64,000 bases of DNA from Amphiscolops sp. MND2022 (lineage: Eukaryota), in contig OZ076409.1 in NCBI GenBank assembly GCA_964187785.1, forward strand, positions 95,792,001-95,856,000. Reading direction: 5' to 3'. Position numbers and translations under genes: made by a program. The notes under the pieces were generated by a model. It saw only the letters and a list, made by a program, of their open reading frames with translations. It was not told the origin of the DNA and made no database searches. Shown piece by piece: positions 12,901-25,797 of the stretch. How positions within the stretch are numbered: position 1 is the stretch's first letter; each line of letters begins with the position of its first letter.

Positions 12901-14099
12901 GTAAAGGAGGTATGACAGCGGGTAGCGTGAATTCTTGACCGCCTCGGTCATGTTGTGTCCATTCTTTGAAACGGTAATTGGGGCAGTCTGAGGGAGAGGT
13001 GTCATTCATTGCGTTCAGCGTGTTTTCTAGTGCTGGTGCCACTCCTAGTTCCACTCTGGCGTAGGTTTTCTCTACAGTTAGGACAATGTGTTGCACAGTC
13101 GGAGGGGGCTCAAGTTCTGGTCGTGGGATCTGAACAGTTAGAATTTTATGCTGAGGGTGTTCCGGTGCTCACGCTATCATGAGTTCGCGGGCGGGGATAG
13201 CCGCTCCCCGGGCCAATCGATGGTCCGGTGGCTTGTTAGCGACAAGCTGAACGCAACTGCAGTTGCGGGAACCAGAGGTTTCACACTTATACCGTGGTGC
13301 CCTATTTGCTCTCAGCTGGTAGCGTGACGCTTGCCCTCTCCGGCTCCAGGTCGATCCGGTGACTGGTTTTCTGGCATCTCAGGTAGTGCATGGCTCTGTC
13401 CAGGGTTCGGGGAGGAGCTCTAGTAGTGACTTAGGTCCTTTGGCCTCTTCTTGACCGGGTGGTTGACACTCTGGAATATGCTGTTGTCCTGCTTGAGGAT
13501 GTTGTGTGCTCCCTTCGGCGATTAGGTGGTCTGCCTCATGATCGTCCCCTGCAGTTTGAGGTGTTAGGCTGTGCAGGATGGCTGTCGGCTTCCTGCGGCT
13601 GCTCTTCTTCAATCAAGGGTTCCGGACCGCTTGGTTTCCCTGTCCGGTGACTGAATAAAGGGAAGTTGTTTAGCGTGTCCGTCAGGGATGGCTTGGACAA
13701 TTGCGGGGCAGATGTTCCCGAGGGTGATGGTATCAAACTCCTTGTTGGTGCCTTATGCTGGATCACGGCTTGGTCCGAGAATAACAGCTCTAGGTCATCC
13801 GTTTCAGGAAACACTACCTGCGGGGCTGGGTCTGAAATTGCTGTCTCGGTCACTTCTTGTTCTGACTCCGAGTCGAAGGGATATCCAAAGTGACTGAATC
13901 TTCGTCCTGGTATCCCTTGTTCGAAGGCTGTCTGCGTGCGAGCTTGGATGATTCTCGGTGGAACCGGTGTTGTTGGTTCTGGTTCGAACGATGCCTCTGG
14001 CACCTGCTTTGGTAGGAAAGAATCCCGGGAAACGTCCGAAGCAATTTCTTCATGATTCTCCTCTACGTACGGGTCAGCTTTGATGGCTACGTTCTGGTC

Positions 14100-17000
14100 T
14101 AGCCCAAAGGTCTAGCCCACCCGTGTCTAGCACATAGAGGCGTCCGTCTTGTAGCACATCGGTTACCTTGTGGGGCCCGCCATGTGCGAATTAGTTTGCG
14201 GGTGCCGCCTTTGGTGTTATGTGGCAAAATACCCAGACTGCGTCGCCAACGGCGTGCGCTTTGGCTTTGAGGTGACGGTCAAACTTCAGTTTCTGCCTCA
14301 ATTGTGCCTGGTGGGTGTCCCTGCGGACTAACTCGTGAATTTTTTGTTGTCTGGCTAATAGGTGCTCTACAAACTCTTCCTTATAGTCAAAGCCTCGCGC
14401 TGCGAACTCAGGGTAGATGAACGATAACGGAATCGATTTCTCTGCTCCATGTTGGAGCATATAGGGTGGAAACCCTGTAGCTGCATGTCGGGTAGGCGAG
14501 TAGGACTCCATCAAGGTGTTCATCCCAGTCTTGCATCCTGCGCGACGTATAGACTCGGAGCAGGGTAAGCAACGTTATGTTTTGCATCTCCACGAGTCCA
14601 TTGCCTCTGGGGTGCGCGGCGGTGGACGTCACGTTAGGTACTTGCGAGGCTCTCATGAGTTCCTGGGCTATTTCCGCAGTGAAGTTTGTTGCATTATCGG
14701 ATTGCATCCTGGGTGGAGTGTCATGCCTGACAAACCACTTGTTTAGGATGATTTTTGCCGTTGTCTGTGCGTCATACTGGTTGTGGGTACATGGGACAGC
14801 TTCCGCAAACTTCGTTAAAAGGTCTATAATGACCAGAAATCCGGTGTTGCCTGATTCAGTTTTGCAGAGTTTCAGTTGGTCAAACTGCACCAGTTGTTGC
14901 CGTTGAAGTTGCTGAACTGCACTTTGTATGCTTTGTAGGGGGTAACAGGGATTTCCGGCGGGATGTTTAGTCTGTTGACACGTTATGCAGTGCTTGATGT
15001 GACTTACCACATCTCGTTTGATGCCTGACCAGGTATGTCGCTCCTGCATTCTCGTCAACACTTTCCCTAGCCCTGATGTCCTGACTCGTCATGGGCTCTG
15101 TACAAGATATCGTGCAGGTAGAGTTGCGACATGATTATCATGCATGGCCGCACGTGCAGTGCACGTTGTTGTGGGACATAGTTGACACACAGTATGTCGT
15201 CCGTGTTTGGGAAGAGCAAGTCTTTCTTCTGATTGTAATATCGCATTGCAAAATTCTGTACATCCCTGGGAAGATGGCGTCCTCCAAAGGTTCATCCTTC
15301 ATTAGTTTCTTCAGAGCCAGGAGATGCACATCTCTGTTTTGTGCTAAGTGCAGGTCTTTCAGACCGCACCTGGTTAAGTAGTGTTCGTGTAATTCAGTTC
15401 CGATGGTTCTTAGGACATTTGCTTGGTCTTGACATACAACGGGAATCCCGCCTAGGGCAGGATAGGGTTCCGCTGTGTCTAGGCGTGCCGTTGGCATCTT
15501 GGTGGCGATACTAAGAATATGGTTTGGTCTCTCGTCTTCATCAATGGTTGGTGTTGTTTCCCATTGAATCTGAGGTTACGAAGGGGCGCCTCCCGCTGGC
15601 TCCTTGGCTGGTTTGTGCTTCGGCCCCTTTTGTAGGATGTACAACAGGGGTAGTCGAGCTCGAGCCTCCGGAGGAAGCTCTTGATGGTCTGGTTTGAGGC
15701 GATCGTGCTTTTCAAAGTACGGCACGGTGGTGGATAGGTCTCCGTAGTCCTTTTGGGACATGAAGTTAAATCCCTCACTCACTTGGGGTAGCTTCTAAGT
15801 AATTCGTTCGCGTTGAACATAGTCATTGGTCCGTTTACTGAGCCGATCTGCGTTTCGGTGCTGCGTACGAGGTCGGTGGATCGTCTTGAAGTGATATTGG
15901 TCCAAGCGCGCGATCCAACGGTCGATCATGGCTTGGCCCATGGAGTACGTCTTCAGCCATGAGAGAGCCTGGTTATCCACGCGGAGCGTGAACTCCCTGA
16001 TACTCAGGTACGAACGGAATTTTTCAATGAAATATAATACGGCGTACATTTCTAACTTTGGGGCTGGGTTTTTGTCTAATAATTCAGCTGGAATCCAGCT
16101 GGAATTTCTAATAATTCAGCTGGGACTTCGTGAGGGAATTGCTGCCATAGAAGATGGGTCGTAGGACGGTTTTCCCGTTGTGTTCTTGTTCTTGGTGTAG
16201 GATGCCGGCTATCGCTACTGCAATGGCGTCCGTATCTAACACGAAACGTCCTTCATCATTTGGCGCTGCCAAAGCGGTCACGTCTGCTAGGGCCCGCTTC
16301 ACCGAGTCAAAGGCTTCTTGATGTTTCTCTTCCCAATGGACGTGCTGATTCTTTTTCAATAGTTCCTGCATATATTGTACGTTAGCAACGTGGAATGGAA
16401 TGAAATCACGGTAGTAGTTGGCAAACTCTAGGAAGCTTTGGAGTTCTTCTTTATTTCTTGGAGACACCCATTCCTGGTTTTTAGTCACGGCTTCGGGGTT
16501 TGGCTTTATGCCTTCGGCGGACACTACTCGTCCCAGGTACTTGGTTTCCGTGCGCATGAAGTAACACGTCTTGGCTCTAAATTTGATGCCGGCCTCTCTA
16601 AGGCGCTCGAACACTTCTCTTATTCTCGCTATGTGATCTTCGATAGTCTCCGTCGCAATCCCGATGTCGTCGATGTAGGCCATGATGACTCTCCCGTGCC
16701 TTTGCTGAATCTTTTGCAGGGCTCTTGTGATGGATCGCTGGAATGTGGCTGATTCATTGCATAGCCCAAAGGGCATGCGCCGTCACTCAAACAAGACTAA
16801 GTCACAGGCAAAAGCTGTCTTTCTTCTAACACATTTCTTCAGGGGTATTTTTCAGAAAGTCCATGCTAAGTCGATGCTCGTGAAGATCTTCGCATTGCCT
16901 ATTCTGGTCAGACTTTTGTCTCCCCTAGGCAAAGGAAACGCATCCTTCACGGTCATGTCGTTCATCGGCCGAAAGTTGCAGCAGAAGCGATGTTCTCCTG

Positions 17001-18571
17001 ACTTTTTCTTTAGCATGATTTTCCCACTAGCCCATTGCGAGTAGGAGGGTTGAATAAAGCCTAAGGCTAACCAGGTTCCGCACTTCTTGATTGGGTTTCG
17101 CAGCCTTGTCGAGGGACATGCGCTTAGCACCTTCGCGGTGGGGGATATTCTCTGGCTCTAGTTCAATACGGTGTTTCGCTATCGTACATCTCCCTATGTC
17201 AGCTTTGTGCTTCATGAAAAGGTTGTCGTACTAATTCAAAATGTTCGCGAGTTGGTCCCTTGCACCTTTCCCCCAAAAAGAAAGGACGGATGAGAGGTCT
17301 GGACCGGGAATTGCTTTTAGCAATTGTGGGTCGGTTTTCTCACGTTTTTCATTTTCTGATAACCCTTCCTCGGACATTTCAGTAGAAGATAAAAAATTTT
17401 GGGCAAATGAACTAAATTCAGAGCTCGTGTCATTCAAGTCAACAGCATCAATTTTTTAAATTTGTTCAACAAAACGGACAGAGCTTCTTCAAATTGCTCG
17501 ACCGCAATTGTTCTGAACACAAACGTTGTTGGCTCTGCTTTGCCGGGAAAGTCTTACTTTGAAGGGTTGCTTTTTCGCGGGATGTTCGGTTCCTCACGGC
17601 CAAGAATACCGTGCTGTCATCTCCTACTGAGGTTGGGGTGTCTTCTGAAACAAACGGACATCGGTTGTGCATCCCGCTGGGGCGTATCATGAGGTTACGG
17701 AAGCGGTGCTCATTGGGTTGTTGGGTAATGGGTAACTTGGGCCTTAACTAGCTTGCGTTCAAACGGACCTAGTACAACTTTTTCAGTAGAAACAACAAGG
17801 GAAGACTCTTGGTTACTAACCTCACGCATGGTGACCCTCATTGCCGTGAGGTCAACCAGAGCGTTGTAGGTTCGCAGGAAGTTGCGGCCTGACAGGAAGT
17901 GCTCTGTCCCCAGATGGTCAGCGATGACAATGAAGTTCGTCTTTAGCGAATGGCCACCCGTTTGGAAGCTCACATTTTCGGCTACGCCAATGGTGGTTTT
18001 TGTCTTGCCGTTGGCGGCGTACAACTGGATGTCGTATGGCAGTAGACTCCAGGTATGGACAGACGCGATTTTTTGGTACGCGTTGAGTGAGAGGATGGAG
18101 ACACCTGAACCGGTGTCTATCATCCCGTACAAAGGGATTGGTTCATGTAGGGTGCTGCTAACGGCAACTACCAAGGAGGCCCTGTCGTCCATTCGAGCTT
18201 CTCCTGTACGTCTTGCACACCAATGTTATAGCATCGCAACTCCTGGCGGCCTAGGTACAAGCCCTGTGGAAGTGTCTTTCCAAGACCACTATTGCATCAA
18301 GTTTCATATCGACACCATCTACATTGATAGCGACCAGGACCGGAGGGAATGTTTTAACCTTTTGAATAGGCGCTAGCTTGGTCTCGTCTTCCCTAGTGAA
18401 ATGCGGGAGTGGCCGGGCGGCAATCGTATACTTGGTGTCTCTGCACAATTCTCCTCTCAGCTGGGCCACCGTCAGCGCATGGCGCAATTTTTGCTCGGCC
18501 GAAAGTAGCAAATGTATAGAAATTAGGGTTCCCGTGCAGTTGGGAGCGGGCGCTGCCAGCGTTGTTAGCAC
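14100..18571 (-). pseudogene. Gypsy pol remnant (protease, RT, RNase H, integrase)
   Basis: PR IDTGSGVSILS; RT KDAFPLPR, MPFGLCN, YIDDI, YLGRVVSAEGIKP; RH FVLDTDA, VDNQALSWL; IN HCITCQQTK, QSDNATNF, HPRGNGLVE; multiple frameshifts and stops. Confidence 0.93.
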
Positions 18572-21400
18572 TTGGTTTCACCACAGGTAACTACAATTGG
18601 GCGCGTTGTGCCTCCGGCCTCTGCGACTGAAATCACCCCAACTTGATCGTCTTGTCCCATGGCATCGAATTGCTTGGTCGGTGAGGCATACCACGCCGCC
18701 GCTCTGACTTGTCTCATGTGTTCCGGAGCTATACATTCTGACGCCGAGTGGTCAGTGCGGCCGCAATTGATGAAAAAGGCGACGGTTCCTTGCACCGGTA
18801 ATGATGCCGGAAAGACCTCGTGATCCATTCCGTGCGGCAGTGACGGGCAAGTCCATGCTCCGGATCGGTTCGTGTGACAGGAGTTTACTTGTTGCTGTAG
18901 CGGTTTTCGCGCGCGATCTTTTAGCGGGCAGTCGACTACGAAATGCGATGGGTCGCTGTAATTGAAGCATGCTCTTTGAGGTTGCTGTCGATAAGCCGCT
19001 GGCTGCTGAGGCGGCGGTTGTTTCAAGTTTTGCGCTGGAGGGGGAGGTTCGGTTGTTGGTTAGATTGTTGAGGTTGCTGTTGCTGAGGAGGGACCATCGG
19101 ATAGTTGTCCGAGCGGGAGGAGCCACGCATGCGCAGATATTGCTGGACGGTGAAGCGGAGTTCGTCCACTGTAGGTGGTGCCTCCACGTACTGTTCTGGC
19201 GCATGCATGAGCGCAAGATTTCGTTTTTTGCTCGAAATTGCGCACTCCTTTTATGAATCGTAGCATAATTTCGTACCGCCGAACAGTTACTTCCTCGTTG
19301 GGATAGCCCTTGCTGCGCAAGCCTTCGAGGGCATCAAGATACTGCATGTAGTCCTCTTCACTATTCTGATCACGGGTTCGAAACTGTTGTTGAATGTGCA
19401 TCTTACTTGACCCGGTTCCGAACCTGCGCAATTGCAGTGCGAAGACATTTCCGTCGGTGTCTCTTTCAGCCTCGGACATATTGGTGATGTAGTCTTTTGC
19501 CTCGAGTTCCAAGTATTCGATTATTCTCCAGGCTTTGTCGAGGGGGGTTGCCCTGGCGTCGCTTTCTCCAGGTGGCGCTTCATCAACATCATCCACCCAT
19601 CTGCATTGCCATCTTTCGTACCTCAGTACTTAGTCGATTTATTCTTGGACTCCTTGACCGCTAGTAGCGGCTCCAAGCCCTTTCACAAGGCCGTCGATAT
19701 TGCCTCTGCCAGCGCTTGCTGTTGCCTGGTTCTAAGTGTGTCCGCGATTTCATCCTTCGCTTCAGACACTTTCTCCATTTCGCCATGGTCTTGTTCTAGG
19801 TTTCGCTTGGTAGTGATTTTCCGTTGTGTGCTGGTGGCTAATGTCCGCAGGACAAAATCTCTAAACGTCTGCATTGGCGGAATGGTTATCGCACTAGTGT
19901 ACGCCGTGTGATAATCCGACCTTCGGGTAGTCATTCCGCTCGCAGCTGAGTAATAGTCTCCGGTCGTGGATGCCTCGCGGGCAAAAGGGGTCAAAAGGGG
20001 AGACGTCGGTCATGGGGACCGTTCCTGCGTCGCGCTAATCGGCGTGGGCTACTTTAGCCATTTTGCTCGTCTTCGCTGGGTCTCTCTTGTACGTTGCGGG
20101 GTTGCGGGCGACATCAACTTTGGCCGCTTGATTTGCTCGCCACTTGGCTGAGTTACTTTCCGGTAGGTGGGGTTCGCAAGTGGGGCAGCTGCACTGGTGA
20201 AAGGCACATTGGTTTGATGGAATGCTGAGGTGCCACTGGGCGCCACCTGTGTTTGCGTGGATGCTGTTTGCGACACGATAGCCCTCACTCCCAGTGTCAA
20301 GACTTGCGTTGTTGTCATCAAGTCCACCATACGAACATTGGCATTAATATCTCGACGCTGCATTATATCCGACATTAGTTTCATGCGTTCGTCAGCTTGA
20401 AGGTCTCTTTCTTTCATTACGGCGGACATTTCTGCCATGTGGGAATCCGCCATATTCTCTTGCTGTTTGATTAGGTTATCCATGGAGGCCATGGACGCTT
20501 CAAGTCGTCCTTGGTTTTGGCGCTCTTCTGCATGTATTTCTAGGAGCTCTTATCTCATTTCGTCCATATCCCTCATGATGACGTCAGCTCGCATTACGTG
20601 CTCGCTATTCTCTCGCGCTAGTCGCCAGTGTACTTGCGAGAGCTGAGTCAAGCTGCTCCTAATGTACACCCTAATCGCTTCCGACTCTTTTCTGACCTTG
20701 GTAACGGTTGAGCTTGTCGTTCTAGAGCTTGGCATGTAGGTCAATCATTCCGCATTGCTAGGATCGAAACATGGGCCCTTCATTGGCGGCGTCCTGAAGG
20801 TATATCGCAGCGGGTTATCTTCCACCGGTGCTGGCGGGATTTCGGCCGGCTTGTTTGGCGCCTTGGCCGGTGCTGCTGGTTGTGTGTATCCACTCAAAAA
20901 GGGATTTCGGTCTCCACTATTGATCAATGCATGGGAACCCAGGGGTCCCTGCGGATCACTGGTGTGCGTGGGGCTGCCACTGGAGTTGCGATGTCGCAGT
21001 CTTGCGTTACTGCCTCTTCGGTGGTGCTTGGTTCGCATGTTGGCCTTTCATTAGAGTTCGGCCAGCCATCCAAACTGTAGTCAGTGACTTCCAGAGGATT
21101 TCACGCATTACTTTGCATTGTGGCTCCGGTGCCATCGGTTGGATTGGTACTGTCTGGGGAAGCTCGCGACGAGTTGGGCTGACTTCCTGCAGCTACCATC
21201 TCCATAATTTATTCTGAGTTGGGAATATAGTCAGACATGAATTCTGAAAACATGTCTGTAAGGGAGGCATCGGGGACGTTTTCGGTAAGGACGTTCCACC
21301 CGATTAGGGCGGTTTCTAATTCGTTCCCGAATGGATTTGTGGCATGGAAGCCACTGAGTTCACTATTCGTTTCGTTCCAGTTCATGGTCACAGATTTCAA
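18565..21400 (-). pseudogene. Gypsy gag remnant with two degenerate zinc knuckles
   Basis: Capsid-like QQQFRTRDQNSEEDYMQYLDALEGL, knuckles CFNYSDPSHFVVDCP and FINCGRTDHSASEC, long low-complexity N-terminal part; start position approximate. Confidence 0.75.
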
Positions 21401-24248
21401 TACAGGCGGGTTGACTTCTGTAGCTCAACTTTTGCTTTCGCTTTAAATTAGCTTGCCTACTCCTTCGCCCCGTCAACTGGGAGCTAACGGATGTGGCGGG
21501 GAAGAGGCAAAATCTACAATCCAAACTCAAAACAAAAGATAACTAAAATAACTAAAATTATGAGTTAGCGGCTTATGTTGATCGGGTCAAATTCCAAAGA
21601 CAACGGTTGACCAGCTGGCTATGGCTTTTCTACTAATTCAAAGAACTAAACTATTGTTATACTATATGCTGACAAAAACAAAAGGTTTGGTTTCTTTCCC
21701 AACTAGTTGGAGAAAATTTAATTTTCAAATTTTTTTTTGAAATGCTACTAAGGTTTAGAATGCACTAATTTGCCTTTTGACCAGCCGTAGGTGATACGAC
21801 TGGTACTAACAGAAAGTTTTGGCTCCCAAAACAGGTTTTGCTGTGGTTGCCGAGATTGTCACAGCGCAATGCGCTTCTGGCTCGTATTTCATTACTTTCA
21901 TTACGCGTATCTGGTGGGCAAAGTGGGTTGAATGGGCTGAATGGGGGTTGAGATGGACCTTGGGGATGAGTATGGACTACGAGATTGAGCTTGGAGTGGT
22001 TACTTAACTGAAGGTCTTGATACGATCTAACAATACGTTCTTTTTCAATGCAAATGACTAGTAGTGTGTGTGGTTCACTTTTTCGAGACAATTCGCGTGC
22101 AAAGTCTAAAACCCCAACAGTGTCTATAAACACGCCCTCGCACCCACAGGGTACGCAGGGCACCGCGTATGCGTGTTTATAGAGAATAGATTCCACCTAG
22201 GTGACTTTGATAGCAGTTGGGAGGTGAATTTCGATTTTTGGTTGTCAACAGGCACCTCCGGGGATAGTGAAATTCAATTCTAGCGCTGCTAGCGACCTGA
22301 AAGTTTCACACTGTTTACTACACTAGCTGAATCGTGAAGAATTAACCTCCGATTGCGCCAAAATTGACTTTGTGGGTGTTACGGTCACTTAACAATACTC
22401 ACTGAAAAATTGACTCGTGAAATTCACAAAAATTAGTCAAACTCGCCTTCTAGGCGTCCTAGCTACCTGCAATTTTGTATGCGAGCGTAAATTATAACCA
22501 CGTAACAAAAAAGCACGGCGACGAGGTGCCTGGATTAATACCTGGCGATTCGGACAAAACCTTGATAAACCTGAGGTACCACTTTTCGGGTTAAAATTCA
22601 CAAAAATGTCAATTTCTCGGCTTTGGCTAGCTACTGGCTGCTCAAATTGTCCAAATTGTCGTGATTGGGTACCACGTAATCGAAAATACGCAAAATTAGG
22701 TGCTGGGATACCTTGGGGATATCGCACTGGGCTCAACTAAAATTCTGTTTTTTTTTTCATTTTTATGCACTTTTAGAGCAAAACTGCCGCTAAGATATTT
22801 CCACGAGTGTTGACAGTAGCGCCATCAAAATCACGCTACTAGCGTAACTTTTTGCGCTCTGCACGATTGTGCAATCCATTTTAGGCTCTCCCTGCTAAGA
22901 GAGATATCGACTTGTCGGAAGACGTGGTTGCCGAATTCCCGAAATGTCGCAAAAGTAGTGCATTTTCGACTATTTCTCGGAAACCACAGCGCGGAATCAC
23001 TCGCCGTTTTCTGCGTTATCAACGTGACACCCTATATTAACAGAAAACAGGCAAGCAAAACCTGGTAAGTTCCAAACAGGATCTCAAAAAAAATTTTCAG
23101 ATTGCACGTTGTACACTATCGGACAAGTACTGAAAATGCGTATTTTCGCCAAGAACTTGCTGTTTTTTTGTTCTTAGGAGTTCCGAATGGTTTTATCAGC
23201 AATGTAAGATTTTGTAACAACTTTATTCAGGGGACTGGGAAGATTTCAATTTTTAGTTTAGTTTCAGAAACACTCAGGCCTATGGGGGTCCTTCGCTCAG
23301 TTCTTTTTGTAGCAAAAGAAAGGGACTGATAATTTTTCAACTTATATGGGGGATCGCTAAAAACCGCTTTGGTAGTAGTGTTTTGGAATACCAAGCTCGC
23401 CGAAAAAGCTTTTGGGCTGCTCAAAAAGCTTGTGAACTAATGCCCAAGGCTTCGCCCTTGCCAAATTTGGTAAAAAAAGGTCAAAATTGACGTAATTTAA
23501 ACAAAAATTGCTAAATTTTTTGCGTTTTTCCAAATTTAGCCCTACAAAAGTATTTGTTTCTGACCTAGTAGGTCTGCTGGAACGTTTTCCCAGTATTCCC
23601 ACTGGCCGTACTGAGTTCTACAAAAATTTGACTGTCAAAATTTGAAAAATCGAGGTTCGAGCTATGAATGGTGTAATTTTCGAGGTTTTCGCGCTCAAAG
23701 TTCTGAACAACTGGTCTGAACACCCGCTGGGTATTTTTTCTAGATTGTTTACGTAGGAATAGACCTGGGAACACTCTATTTGGGCTGTTAATTATGCAAA
23801 ATAGCGATGTAACCCTATTAATGTCGGGTAGGGGGCAACCAATCGGACGAAGGAGGCCTGGACGTGAAGGACGTCACCCCGTCACCACAACTGGTGGAAA
23901 CGTTCGCACTGCGTCCTCGCGGTCCCGAGACATTCTAACGTACTGAAATAGAGCTACAGAATCCTTTAAAACTAGTTCCGGATAGGCCAGATTAGCTTTT
24001 TCAACATGAATAATCAAAATACAAGGGGTACACTGTCTGAAACTGTCTATTTCTGGCTCTAGACCTCGGAAACATGCAGGAAACGCAGGAAAAACACTAG
24101 CACAAAGCCCAAAGGGCTAGAAAAAGACAAAAAAAAACAATCTATGACTCTCCGAAAAGCTTCTCCTAGATCCGGACCTTCTCCTAGAACTGGACATGGC
24201 CGGAAAGCAGGAGTTGCTCCTAGTTGGACGTAAAAATGAAAACAAAAA

Positions 24249-24264
24249 CCCTATGTGGTCGCCA
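24249..24264 (-). promoter_or_regulatory. Gypsy primer-binding site, probably tRNA-Arg(TCG) type
   Basis: Minus strand TGGCGACCACATAGGG resembles the complement of the metazoan tRNA-Arg(TCG) 3' end (TGGCGACCACGAAGGG, recalled); lies 16 nt from the LTR end. Confidence 0.65.
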
Positions 24265-24280
24265 TAAAAACTATTCCAGA

Positions 24281-24995
24281 TGTAACTTCCAGCTAGCGGC
24301 GCATATCTAAGAAGAGGGAAAATGTCTAGAGTGCTTAAACAGGAGACCATTGTCTTACTACATCCCTAGACACTAGTTTATATTCCCAAAATGGTCTCAT
24401 ATAGGGGACATTTCTTGCGTCTAAGGAGGCTCCTCTAGTTAGAGCTCCGAGGCGACGTGCCGGTACTGTCAACGTCCAGACGCGTCCCACAAGCCTGTAA
24501 AAACGATTCCTAAGGTTTCTAGCGTGTTCCCGCAAAAATCACATACTTCCGAGTTCCAAAAGGTATCTAACTGAAATACATTGCATTTGGAAATTGGATG
24601 TTGAAATAAAGACCTACTAGGACAGACATCGTACAATCACTCCGTAATTAGTGAGACAAATGGGGATAGGCCCCAATAAAGTGTCAGTTACAGTTCGGTG
24701 TTGATCATCGGGTTCTTGCATCTGGCGTTGTTCTGTCTCTTCGGGCATTTTCCCAGAGAGATGGTACAACACTCTGTCTGTTCTAAGTCTTTCGATGTCT
24801 TCTTGTTCTTTTTCACGCTTGTCTTCTCTGTTCTCTTTCTTTTAATATCGTACTTTTTTGCTCTGTCTTCGCGTGGTTTCTTTTTTAGATTATTTTCTCG
24901 CACCTGCTAGGTTGGCCACATTTATTGTACAATCTTGATATCGCACATTTCGAATTTTTCATCGAAATTTCGTCAAGCCAGTGGCTGACGTTACA
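24281..24995 (-). repeat. 5' LTR of the gypsy element (715 bp)
   Basis: TGTAAC...GACGTTACA; homologous to 6556-7247 with many substitutions and an ~23-bp indel between AGAC microhomologies. Confidence 0.92.
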
Positions 24996-25797
24996 TACAT
25001 AGGAAGAAATTCCAAATAGCAAGCAAATTAATTGCCCAAATACCAATTAATTGGGTTTATTTTAGACCCAAATACAAATGCTAGATAGAAAAATTAAAAG
25101 TCCATCGATAATGAAATCCATCGAATATGAAAAACTATTTTTATTGAGTTTTAATAATTTTACCGCGTATATTAGAAGGGAAGGTTGTTGTGACTTTCCT
25201 CGACGATCCTAATCTGGTGATTCCTGCAATATATTTACAGCCGATGTTTTTTAAAATTATGATACGATGCCCTAATCTATAAATCTTTCCTCCACTTGAT
25301 GTTCTTGGTGCTTGTTTTATTCAGGGGACCGTTTTTGACACTGTATGGAGGCTGTGCAGCTTGCAGCGATCTGGCACCTTGCCTATCTTTTTCTGACTGC
25401 CCATGCTTCAACTCGGGCTAATTCCATTTCATAAAGACCCTTTTAAATTGGTTCCAGTATGCACGGTCCTTATTTTAATATTTAGAGTTGAAAGAATATA
25501 GTTGTGATTAGCCTAATTGTTGTGATGGGCTTGTTGAATAGCTTCATAGATGGCAATGATTTGAATTTGAGACAACTGGACAACATCTCTGACGCTGGTT
25601 TGTTGGTTTGTCGCTGCACTTGGGCTGAAAGAACCATCACAGCCCGGTGAGATAATACCATTTTTATTTCATTTCAACAATTCAAGGTTTTGTTCTATAT
25701 ACAGATTGCTTCTCTGTTGTGATTGTTTTCTGGGGAGATTGGCACTCACCCAAATGTAGTATTCCTGCAATTGGTTAGGTTTCGAGGTTGAGTTGTG

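Larger units (their letters stand above)
6556..24995 (-). mobile_element. Very large (18.4 kb) degenerate Ty3/gypsy LTR retrotransposon with extra ORFs
   Basis: Two ~0.7-kb LTRs with TGTAAC...GTTACA ends; gag-PR-RT-RH-IN on the minus strand; PBS and PPT in the expected positions. No TSD (CTTG vs TACA). Confidence 0.88.

Noticed and set aside
25560..25790. Possible SL RNA gene as the CRE target site
   Set aside because: There is a small hairpin and a GGTGAG donor-like motif, but no matching half-site or TSD at the 3' junction and no clear Sm site.
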